64,000 nucleotides of DNA from Camelus ferus (lineage: Eukaryota), in NCBI RefSeq assembly GCF_009834535.1, contig NC_045698.1, forward strand, positions 4,342,001 through 4,406,000, read 5' to 3'. Under the pieces are notes generated by a model. It was not told the DNA's origin, ran no database searches, and saw nothing but the letters and a program-made list of their open reading frames with translations. Position numbers and translations under genes: made by a program. Positions within the stretch are counted from its first letter, which is position 1; every line of letters starts with the position of its first letter. This document shows positions 39,923-51,533 of this stretch, in pieces.

Positions 39923-42659
39923 GCTCCCTTTGGCCAATCACCTTGCCTGAAGGAGGCACCCGGGGTCCAGCGGTGAGGCACAGACCATTGAAATAGAATT
40001 GATCAGAGAAAGTTTGCTAGCAGTAAGACACTGAATTCATTTCAGACCAAAATAAAAACAAAAAAACCCTCCTTTGAAAATGGATGATTTCCTCAGTTTT
40101 ACGGGTGGGACACAGCAGTCCCACCACTGCCTGCCCAGCTGCTTTGTTCAGGAGCCGGGACGTGACTTGAGGCCGTGCACCTGGGACGGTGGCACAGACC
40201 AGCACAAGAGCTGCCCGGTCCTCGGTGGTGCGGCAGCGGGGGGCGCCCACCTGCAGGCAGGTACACCGGCCCGTCTACCACCAGCCGGCCGCCGCCCGCC
40301 TCTCCATCAGAGGTCTTTCCCAGTCACGCAGATCTGCCTGGCTCCACTTCTCCCATTAAAACAAAAGCACTCACAGGGAGAGGTTCTGAGGGCCACTAAA
40401 ATGAATGTGGACTCACATGTCGAGGACCAAGGAGGGACTGAGAGAAGGTCACGCGGAAAGGAGGCAAAACCCTTCATAAGCATAGTCACCACAGCACTGC
40501 TCCTCCATCCTACCCGGGCCCGTCGTGGAACTCTTGCCCCTCCACAGTGTGCTAGGAAGGGTGGGGTTTATGGAGCCCGCACATCTCTATCAGCCTCCTT
40601 TAATTATGGTCACTCACTGCCCAACAGTTTTAATCTGGAGGACAAAACAGAGGAAGGAGGGAGTTCTGACTCATTCTGTCACTAAGCAGCTTCTAAACGG
40701 CCACTGGGGGGGCTGCCAACTCTGCAGCCCTTTTTCTCAGTGGAATTCCCATCTCAAGTCCATCGTCACTGGGCAGTGCAGGTGTCTCACCGCCCCATCC
40801 CAGCCGGGTACAGGAGTCCCGAGGGAGATCCCCTGCACCGTCCAGGGTGACTGTGTCTGACTCACCACCAAGGCTCAGCGTGGAGACCCTGAGTGACCAG
40901 TGAGTTGCCTTGGGGGTTCCAGAGCCAGTGTACGGCCCTGGAGGAGAGTACTGTCCATTCAGGGACACACTGGCCATTGAAGGCCCTGCCCACCACACCC
41001 CCTTCGAGAAGCTTTCTCCTCCAGGCTCGCTCCGCCTCTGCTAAAGCCCTCAGCACAACAGGTGATCATTTACCACCTGTCTTACCAGGCCAGCAAGTCC
41101 AACCCTGCTACATGTGACACCTGGGGAGCTGTCAAATTTCCCCTGTCTGAGCCTCATCCAGGAGACTTTGTGTAACTGGCCTGGGAGAGTGGGCATCAGT
41201 TTTTCCCAAGATAGCCCCCGTGCCCACCCAGGTGAGTCTGGTGTAGCCAGGCTGAGATGGCTGAGCCAGACTGTAGACCCCAAAAGTCAAGCTATTGCTA
41301 CCTATTCTCTCCTTTTCATTATAAAAGCCTAGCCTTGTCTATCACATTTAATAAATGTTCCATGAGTGAATGAATGAATGAATGAATGAAACCTATGTGC
41401 CTTCCTCAGGTTAAGAAGAAGAGCTTTAAATGTGACCCACTGATTCTGAGATACAAAGATGGTTACTTTTCCGTTAAATTGTGATTCACTAAAACCTGTC
41501 ATTTGACAGGGAAAGGGCAACTCTCTATGAAAAGTGAACGCTATGTTTATCACACCTGCGAAACTGACTAACAGCAGACCCGCTTGACCCAAATAAACCA
41601 GGAGTAATTTGACTCTGGAATTAAACATGGAGAGTGCAGACAGAAGCCACAAGTTGTGAAATGGAAGCAAATGGAAATTGGTGAGTAGAAGGGAGTTTCT
41701 ACTAAACCATTTGTGTGTCTGTGGCTGTGAGTGGCGGGGGCAGCACCAGATGTGATTACACATTCTCATTCTTCATACAGCAAAAACCCTGGTTATATGG
41801 CATCTTACTTATCAAGCTTCAAACAAACAACATCTCATTAACTTCAACCCACTGGCCTCAAACATTTGCACAGTAGGAAAAAAAATCCTTCAGAAAATCA
41901 AGAGATTGAGAAATAATTTTGAAAATGCATAAGTAATGAAGGAAAGTAGGAATAAGTGATGTGATGTCAACCAGCAGAGGAGTCCCAGATTCTTCATGGA
42001 ACGAGGTCGAGCAAAACCTCCCAATGACAGGGAGAAATTTGTTTCATAGGGGGGTAGACAGAGGCTCAGCACAATGAAACCCCTGACTGGAAGAACACAG
42101 GGAAATAAGTCTGCATAAGGAAAATGACAGCCTCCTTATTACTAAGTCATCTGTTTCATTTCACAAGAAAATATATATTTAATGATGTTCCTGTATTAAG
42201 CTACTTTTTTGTTAAAAATGTGCTGTGTTAATTCACATGCTGTGCTCCACTGGATTAAAATGTCCTTGAGAACTGGAATTATGTCTTTCTTCTATGTAAC
42301 TTCCTTGTGCAAGTTCTATGCCCAGTGCCATTTATTGTGGAGCATATGCCTTATTCTATAGCATGACTTATTCTATATCATACCTTATTCTAAGTGTGTC
42401 ATTTATAGTAACATGTGTGTATGTATATGACATATAATGGTATTGTTCAATATATAACATGCTTCACACTACATAATATAACTACACTTACAAATATTTC
42501 TGTTCTATTTAATTAGCACATACTAATCATAATAATTTAATACTTATATATAAACTCTTTAAACATATGTCATATTGGAGACCCTAAGATCTCTCTGAAC
42601 TTGACTAAGACACATTTAGCCTTTTGCCTTTTTAGATAGGTTGTTTCTAGAAGTCTTTG

Positions 42660-42775
42660 ACAGATGGATGGATAGATGGGTGGATGAATAAAAGGACAGA
42701 TGGATGGATGTATGGATGGATGGTTAGATAGATGCATGCATGGATGGATAGAAGGATGGAAGGATGGAAGGATCT
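42660..42775. repeat. Degenerate (GGAT)n microsatellite
   Basis: gatggatggatagatgggtggatg... read directly. Confidence 0.85.
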
Positions 42776-42879
42776 GTTGACACACAGACATAGATCTTGA
42801 CTCAAATGACACTGACAATGCAGAAGCACTGTGAAGGTGACCATACTTGGTACAACTACAGTTTATAAAACCATTTGAA

Positions 42880-43080
42880 CATTTCTCTGGAAGCAACCCT
42901 GATTCCGGTTGTGATGACTAAACATGTCTCCAGACATTACCAAATGTCCCCAGGGTTACTCTTGGCATCTAGTGGGTGGAGACCAGGACGTGACCAAACA
43001 TCCCAGAATACACAGGCACCCCCCACAGCAATGAATTAACTGGCCCTAAATGCTAATAATACCAAAGTTGAAAACCTCTG
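42880..43080. mobile_element. MER20-like remnant
   Basis: tgtctccagacattaccaaatgtcccc and ggcatctagtgggtggagaccagga..aaacatcc..gcccta aatgctaataataccaaagttgaaaacct motifs. Confidence 0.55.
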
Positions 43081-43726
43081 GGTTGAATCAGTGAAGCTCT
43101 AGGCATCTGAAATGAAAATAAAGCTAAGAGGAGCATTATTGATTCTTTTAGCTCACAAAGAGAGGGTCCACAAATCTTTACTGAGTGGCCAGTGTGTGCT
43201 GGGAATTTTGGAAAACTGGTTATATCTGACTTCATCACAACCGTTGGGAGGGAGGTATTATCCTCATTTTATTATGGAGGAAATTTAAGTTTCACAGAAG
43301 TTAAACAGTTTGTCCCAAATTAAGTAACCCTTATCAAGGTGCCCCAAAATCAAGCCAACCTATTCACCAAAACGCCTCTGTTTATCAAATGAAAAAGCTT
43401 CACCAAAACATGAAAGATGCAAGTCTAAGACTTGATAAACACAGCCCCACAGATGCTATACAAATTCATGAAAAACATTATCAATGGCCTTCTTACGGAA
43501 AGTAGGCTGTCTGGGGACCATTTCTGAAACTGATATCAGAAAGGACAATCACATCTTTCCAGAAACTACCTTGGGACTAGACCTAGTGCTGCATCTCTTA
43601 CTCAATAGTCCATCAACAATTGCTTGTCAAATTAATCTGAAATGCTTGGTATTCTGGTCATAGACCACTCGATGGAATGAGTCACAGATCTTCCCTTGAT
43701 AATTTCTACATTTGGATATTCTTAGC

Positions 43727-43853
43727 TGGAAGGAAGGGAGGGAGGGATGGAGGGAGGGAGGGAGGAAGGAAGGAATGAAGAAAAGAAGGAAGGAAGGAAG
43801 GGGGGAAGGAAGGAAGGAGGGAAAGGAAGGAAGGAAGGAAGGAGGGAAGGAAG
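43727..43853. repeat. (GGAA)n/(GGGA)n purine microsatellite
   Basis: ggaaggaagggagggagggatggagggagggagggaggaaggaagg... read directly. Confidence 0.9.
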
Positions 43854-44559
43854 ATGAATTCAGCCTAGGAAGTGACCAGCCATGGTGTAGCTATGTTGAG
43901 GAACACATAAACAAGTCTGGGAAATATCCCTGAAGACAGGATAATGTTTTCAGGTATAATTTGAAGACTCTCTCTATTTATATATTTCTAATTTGACTGC
44001 TATTTTGAAAACTGGTTATTTTAATATTAATTCCAAATCTGAATATTTTTAAATTTCACTCATGTACCAAATTCAGCAAGTCCCAGACCCATGATCAGGG
44101 AGTTTTCCCATGTCTCCGTGACCTCAGGCTTGGTGACGCTTGCAGATCGTCACGAGATGGACTGCATTTTCTACTTTGCATGAGGACTAGTTCTATGTCA
44201 CAGACACAGCGTTTGTGTATTACTTTTAAAAATAGCTCACTTTGGTTCCACGCCTGGGCTGGCTCGTTGTTTGCTTCTGCGTGTGCTTGGAGAAGTTCCC
44301 AGGCTGGAGGGGTGACGGGGATGTGTGGGAGACTTCCGAGCCCAGCCAAGACTGTTGGGACCCAAGGCTCAGGGACGCTGCAGTTAACCAGAGGCCAAGG
44401 GAACCCTTGATTTCTGCCTCTGAAGCCTTTGCATTAGGCATTGCCACCTGGGAGCCTGTCTCTGAAATGGGTGTTGGACTATGTATGTTTGGGGGGCTCA
44501 TCCATCAGGAGATGGAGGGGCAAACAACTCCTGGCCAATAAAACTGACTCTCCCTCCAT

Positions 44560-44677
44560 CACAGGTGCCAGTCTTTCCTCCTTATCCCAGGTACCAGCCT
44601 CTCCTCGCCCCACAGGCGCCAGCCTCTCCAACCCTCACAGGCGCCAGCCTCTCCAGCCCCCACAGGTGTCAACCTCA
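44560..44677. repeat. Minisatellite, ~25-bp unit (cacaggYgccagcctctcc...), ~4.5 copies
   Basis: cacaggtgccagtctttcc / caggtaccagcctctcc / cacaggcgccagcctctcc x2 / cacaggtgtcaacctc. Confidence 0.75.
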
Positions 44678-45019
44678 GTTCAGCAGGCTCCCCCCCTCCC
44701 CGTGCTACCCAACCCCCCTCCTTCCCTTACAGACCTGACCCTTCCACCCATTCCTAGCAGTGCAGGGAACAGTGGAGAAAAGCAGTCTTCTCTCACTGGG
44801 TACAGCTGCCCACTTTAGGGAAGGGAAGGAGGCAGGGGAGAAGAGGACAGAAGACCCCCGGCCCACCTTCCACCCCCTCCGCTGAGGACACAGCCTCCAT
44901 CAGCTGGGCTCCCTGGCTTCGCAGGGAGCACCTGTGGGTTGAGGGTACAGATGCGAAGGTGAGGTCACAGCTCATAGGCAGTCAGTTCACACCCCGCTGG
45001 GAGGAACGAGCAAGCAGCA

Positions 45020-45850
45020 GCATCGGTTAGAGTGGCTGGGCCCTCCAACACCGAGGTGCAGGCGGTCCTACAGGACGCAGCTCCCAGCACCCCCACCTCC
45101 CCGCCCCAGCTCCCCTGGGTCCCACCCAGAGCCCCCCGCCCCCCGCCCCCCGCACCACCTCCCGGGATGAGCCCTGCAGGGGCTGGGCAGGCCGGGAGCG
45201 GGCGTCCGCCCAGGGTTGTGGGGAAAGGCGCAGGATGGATGGCCGGGGGATAACTCCAAGCGGGAAGGTTTAAAAGGCCACTGGGCTGCGGTCGGGGCAG
45301 CTGACCACGGCACCTGACAAATAAAACGCGTGCTCCAGCAGACTTGAACGTGAGCCTGGCGACGCAGCGCTCCGCGACCTGAGCCGGACAAGAAGGCCGG
45401 AAGCAGCGGCCGCAGCCGCGCTCGGGGATGCGCGAGCTCCGCGCAGACCGGCTCGGCGCCCGCAGGCTTCCCCGGGGGCCCGGGCGGGTGTGTTCCCTCA
45501 CTGGGGCGGCCCTGGCCGAGTACCATGTTCTCACTGCTCCGGAGCTCAAGTCCAAGGCCAGGGAGTCGGCGGGGCTGGAAATTTCCTCCGAGGCTTCTCC
45601 CTCTGGCTTGTAGGCGGCGGCCTTCACCTGTGTCTTCACATGGTGTTCCCTTTGGGCGTGGGGTCGGGGTCTTATCTCCTCTTCTTAAAAGGACGCCAGT
45701 TTAATTGAAGGCCACCTTAACAACCTCTTTTCCTTCCATTCCTTCTATAGAGGCCCGATCTCAGATACGGCGGCATTCTGAGACACCGGGGGCGAGAACG
45801 TTAACACGTGGAGCAGAGGGTGAGGGACACGGCTGGGCCTGGAACCGGGG
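45020..45850. promoter_or_regulatory. Intergenic CpG island ~13 kb upstream of the UBE2QL1 coding exon
   Basis: Dense CpG 45320-45620, GC boxes (ccccgccc x3 at 45098-45150), TTTAAAAG at 45269. Confidence 0.6.
45488..45846 (-). mobile_element. MLT1 LTR, unusually CpG-rich
   Basis: aagtccaaggccagggagtcggcggggctgg, ggcttgtaggcggcggccttcacctgtgtcttcacatgg, tctcctcttcttaaaaggacgccagt, cattctgagacaccgggggcgagaacgttaacacgt match the MLT1 layout. Confidence 0.7.
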
Positions 45851-48800
45851 AGGCTGTGATGTGTGTCTTAGGGGGAGGGGGAGGGCATGGCAGTGTCCTT
45901 CACCCCCAACCCGTGCTCAAGTAGATGAAGTCAACTGACCCCAATAACTGGCACCCCAGGGTGCGGGAGGCGGGGGACACAGGTCACCGAGGAAGGTGAC
46001 CGGAGGGGTCTCAGGGAGCAGCGAGCCTCTGGGGCGGGGGAGGGGGCATTTTCAAGCACAGGGAACAGGGGGTGTGGGAAAGGCCAAACCCAGGGCAAGC
46101 AGGAACTTTGCCAAAGAGAGGGGACAATCGGGCCTGAGAGGGGAAATGAGGGCTGGATGCCACCTCCCTGTCGTCAGCCCAGGACTGGCCCTGGGCTCGG
46201 ATGTGGGGAGTTCACCACACATGCCTGATGTGGGTGGAACGACTGACGTCAGGCAGAAAGGCTCCACATCTCAACGTGAGTGCTTCCGTTACCTCTCAAA
46301 AATTGGATTCGCAGAAATGTTCTGCCCTGCAACACGACACTCTACCACCTAAATTCCTCTATTCCAAAGCCAAATGTTGTTTCTGTAATGAGTTTGAAAA
46401 TAAAAGAAAAATATTAGGAAACATTCTTCATGAATTCTGAGAAGGATATTATTCTGTTCGGAGGCATCCTAATTATAAAGCTACACAATAAACCTCAATC
46501 CCAGCAGTTACCCTTCTCTATCAGGCAGATGGTAATTGCTTTAAAAATATATATATATATGTGCACAACTCATGGCTTATCTATTTAAGTTATCTGTTTT
46601 GAGGAAGGAACATCTATCTTCTTAAGTTGCCTAATTTTTTATTCTGCAGAGGCTCACTCCGAATAAAATCTCCTTTCAAGAAAAATATTGCTGCCTGGAT
46701 GAAAAAGCAGCACTAAAATGTAGAATATTTTCTCAGAAAAGATGAGATTGTAAAATGACAGATTCAGAGGGAGGTCTTACTCTCAGAGGGAGTTTTCCCT
46801 CCCCAGCTACTGAAGATGCAAAGAGCAGCGTGAAGTTTTTGGCGGTTCTGCTGCCCAGGCTCAGGTGCCCTGGGCAGGTCAGGGTGGGGGTGGCCTCTGG
46901 GCTCATCCAGACCCCAGGAGAAGGATGGAGGGTTCCAGACATTTTAGGAGTAACTCAGTGCCAATTACCCCCAAGGTCATAGAGGACCATCCCCTTTCTT
47001 TAAAAGATGGTTTCCTATCGAAGTCTCCAGACATACCCCAGGATAACGCCTTCCGACCTATAAAATGTTTCTTGGAAACAAATTATTTTATGGTGTGTGG
47101 GATGGGGAGATGGGTTACATTGTACCAGCAGAAGACAATGTAGGGCAGAATTTTAACACTGCAGACCAAAGCCTACTGGAAAGGAGTGAAGTCAATTGAG
47201 CATCTTCTAAAAAAGGAAATCATAGAACAGACCAGCCTGGACCAGGACAGGACAGGTAAGAAAATACCCCACTGCCTTGCACATAGGAAAGGTGAGCAGG
47301 CCTTGCAAACCTTCCATCCTCTCGGAGTTAATCCACTCTGGGTTTTCACACACCAGTCACCCACCCTCTGGGCAGAAGGGTACTGCCCTTGAGCTTTGTA
47401 TGCTGAGACCAAAAACACTGGAACTGTGAGAAAGTGACCTCAAGAGCACGTGTCACAGTGCAGGAAGTTCCCAAAAGCTCTCTGGGACACAGCGGCCGTG
47501 GTCCTGTAGGAAAGTGCCTTACCTCTGCTCGTGTGCCCTACACCAGCAAACAGGCCAGCCTGCGTTGTCTGTTGACTCAGGAGCTGGTTTCAATCGAAGG
47601 ACAAGTCTGAGGCAAAGAGGAAAAGGATGGTTACAATATCACTGTGCACCATAACATAGCACCTTTTTAAACATGAAAGCGGGACATTTTAGATGTTTTC
47701 CGAAGGAGTCCCTTCAGTGAATTTGCTCTAGACTTTTCCCATCATTGCTCATGTGTATGTCACAGCCCACTTGCACATCCCATGTGTCCAAAACACATCA
47801 GTTTCTTGCAGAAAAGTTCATAATTTCAATTTACATTTTTAACAAGATAAAGGACAAAATGAAACCCGAATATGGGTCCCGAGGTATACAGGCAACTCAG
47901 AGTCAGCTGTGGAAATTCAATACAGCATTGTCAATCAGCTGTACTTCCAATTAAAAAATTAAGTAGAAAAAGCTGTATCATTCACTCCCAAGATGAATAT
48001 TTGCCGTCTCAAACTAGCATCATCCCTTCCCCTCCCCCAATATCTTGCTTCCATTCGAGTGAACAAACATTCTTGCACTTTGGGATCCTATCAGGTTTTA
48101 AAATCATGATGGAACAGAAACAGACTTACACCTTAATTACGGCCTCTGTGTTCCATCAAAATCAGCATCGTGTTTGAGAATGGCCTTTCCCACCTTTCTT
48201 CCCCAGTTCACGGTCACTCTAAACTAAGCAAGGATTCATTCCTCTCCACCCCCAGCCCTTTCTGTGTATTTGATAGTATTCGGTGCCAGGGTTCTCTTGT
48301 TATCTGATTTGTCTGTCTGTCGAAGGGGCTCTTGTCATACACTTTAGGATAAAACTCTTTCTTAAACTCTATGTCAGGAATTCCGGGAAAACATCTGAGC
48401 TCAGAGACCCAGCATTGCACGGTCTTGGCTGCCAAGCAGCAGTCTTGACTCACTCCAGGGTGAGCAGTCAGTGGCGGCATCTCTTCCACAAATCAGCCAG
48501 CCATTCGTGTGGTCACATCCTCCCCAGAACTCAGGATTTCTCAGGGACAGGTTTACCAAGCTGAGATATAATCCCCTGCTTCAAAAGCAAAGGGGGGCCA
48601 TATACACTGAGAGAACAACAAAATGATGACTCAGACGAGGCTCTCGCCCCTCCCTGTCTGCAGTGCCTGGACTTCGCCACCAGGATCACCACACCCATAC
48701 GTTTCTGGTGGGGCAGCATCACTGGTGGGGATTGCTTTCATCAGGTCACAGGCTTTCCTATTTAAATACTCATTCTTCAATAATTCGTTTATGCACGTAT

Positions 48801-49429
48801 TCAATCATTCAAGAAAAATATGTTCAGAGATGCCATCCACTGAAAGGCAGCAGAATGAATTTCATCGCACGTTGCTTTTGAAGACACTCATTACATGTCC
48901 TGAAAGCGCTTTTTCTGTGTTTAGCTTTGCTTCCTCAGATGTGAGCTCTGAGGTCAGGTTGCTTCCCCCCAGGTGTCTGGTGGTGTTTTATTCTCTGTAC
49001 ATACGTGACTGCCCAGGAGTCCCTGCTCACCCCCGGGGAGGGCAGATTCTGAACTTCCTGTCTTCCATGATTGCGGGTGAGGGGCCTGCTTCCAGAAGGA
49101 GTAAACTGGTACTGATCCAGGTAAGCAGCTTCTGACTCATCACAGCATCTCCAGCTGCACCCACGATTTCTCCCACGTTTGGGTGCATTTTCTAACGCTG
49201 CCCATTGTGGCACAGCCAGGATCACCTTGGTGACTGTCTGGAGTCCTCATCCTGTTCTTTATCCTCATTCAGTCTGAAACACTTCCAACCTTCGTGGCAG
49301 AACTTTCATGCTGTGGATTCACTGGACTCCACTGACCGTCTGCTTCAATCTGCTCTTGTCTTTCAGGGATGCCTCCAAACTTCATGACCACTGACGAGCC
49401 TCCTTCTTGTCTCCTGGCAGTCATGCCCG

Positions 49430-50060
49430 GAGAGTGTAAAAGGTACAACCTACATGGATGACAGTTTAGACGTTTCTTGGGCAGTTAAACAACAGCCTTC
49501 GACCCAGCCATTCCACTTCTTATCGTAACCTGTGAGACGTGAAAACAGATATTCAAAAAGACTGGCACCTGAGTGTGCACAGAAACTATATACACAATGT
49601 TCAAAAGTGGAAGCAACCCAAATATCCTTTGACAGGAAGATGGATAAACATATTGTGGTTCATTCATGCAGTGAATAGCACTGGTCAATAAAAACAAACG
49701 CTGACAGATACACAACGTGAGCAGATCTCACCATGAGATCATGGATTGATTATGTATTGATTGATAGAAGCCAGATATAAAAGAGTACATACTATATAAT
49801 TCCATTAATATAAGGTTCAGAAACAAGCAAAACTGCTTTACGATGATAGAAATCAGAACCAAGGGTGCCTTAGGTGGAGAGATAGTGTGGACCTGACCCC
49901 AAAGCAACGTAGGGGGTCTTTCTGTAGTGATGAAAATAGCCTTTATCTTGCTTGGAGTGTAAGTCACACAACCGCATACATTTTCCCAAACCCACTGAGT
50001 TGTGCAATTAAGATCTGTGCACTTCACTGCATGTAAATTAATCCTCTATTTTTAAAATTT
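49430..50060 (+). mobile_element. Old L1M (L1MB/MC/ME-type) 3' end
   Basis: gacccagccattccactt, aagtggaagcaacccaaatatcc, tggataaacatattgtgg, ttaagatctgtgcacttcactgcatgtaaatta. Confidence 0.75.
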
Positions 50061-51094
50061 TCAAAGATGACACTATCTTTGAGTACCAAATTTGCAGAGT
50101 TTATTTTTAATTATATTTTTCAAAGCAGACATGAGAGCAATAAGACATTTATTGTCATTCTCTGCTGGTAAGATAAATAACAAAAAGAAAAAAAAAGTTC
50201 CAAAAATCCATTATATTCTAATGCTGTGAAAATGCATGCGATAAATATAACATATGTTCTTGGTTTCAGCTAATTACAGTATTTCACTCACCATCCCTGA
50301 GCTGTGCCAGCAAGCAGACCTGACTTTCCTTTCTCTGAATACTACATCGGGACCTATATTTAGACCTAATATTTAAGGTAGGAATGAATAGAGATGCCAT
50401 CTTGACACACAATATCAGCTGTCACCTCACACTTCCACACAACCAGAAAGTAACTGTCTTTGCCCCAAGCAAAGATGAAAAGGACAGGAAAGACGAGCTG
50501 ATTATCTCTGGAAATCTCTCTAGGACCAAGCAGTTTCTTCCTCAGAAAAGAACGCGTGACTCATTTCATCAGTCAAGCGTGCCTTCAACTGCCAGAGAAA
50601 ATCTAAATTCCGGAATTACAAAAGCCGTCTAAGATTCTTTCTTCTCCTTCTCCGCTCAAAAGGCTAAGTAGAGCGCAAGAGGAAGCCCTCAGAGACTGTG
50701 ACGGCGGTGGTTCACGCGGTCGTCCGGGCGGTGCACACATGGACCGCGGCTGGGCTGGACCGCCCAACTCCGGAGGCCGAGAGTGAGCAAAGGAGTGAGG
50801 ATGCCCTGCTGGCTCCCGGCAGCTGCTGCTTCACTTCACAGCAGAGGTGAAGCGGCCGCGGGACGAGGCAGCGCTTGGGGACATCACCTCTGTGGCCATT
50901 CCCTCGCTGACCCACAGGTCCAGATCTAGCCCCCCCACCCCCACCAAGTCCCAGCTCTAGGAGGCGATTGGCCGGAACAGAAGGGTAGTACCCCGCTTTC
51001 CTTTGGCGTCCTCAGTACCCCTGTTTCTTCTTTGGTTTCCCAAACACTTCAGCACCTTTGTAACCAACTATCTGGATAATATAGCTTCTGTTGA

Positions 51095-51456
51095 GAGAAA
51101 GACACGTATCATATGATGTCACTTGCATGTGGAATCTGAAAAAAAAAAAAATTCTATTTACAAACCAAAGACAGACACACAGAAAGAGAAAACAAGCCAT
51201 GGTTAACACAGGGGGAAAGATGGAGAGGGATAAATTAGAGGTTGGGGATTAGCAGAGACGCACTACTATATACAAAACATAGAAACAAGGACCTACTGTA
51301 CAGCACAGGGAACTACATTCAATTTCTTGTAATAGCATCTAATGGAAAGGGATCTGAAAAGAAAGAGTGTATGTATGTATAATGTACAACTGAATTGTTT
51401 TGCTGTACACCTGAAACTCATTAACATTATAAATTGACTGTATTTCAATAAAAAAT

Positions 51457-51487
<31 letters not shown>

Positions 51488-51533
51488 CCACTCTGAGATT
51501 CTGAAGGAAAAAAAATAAAATAAAAATAAATAT
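51095..51533 (+). mobile_element. L1 3' end with 10-bp TSD and double tail
   Basis: cacttgcatgtggaatct, ggacctactgtacagcacagggaactacattcaa, tgctgtacacctgaaact; TSD cttctgttga at 51085-51094 and 51534-51543. Confidence 0.8.

Noticed and set aside
40074..40685. 203-aa ORF with a small CpG cluster
   Set aside because: Non-ATG start and no domain or splice structure recognised
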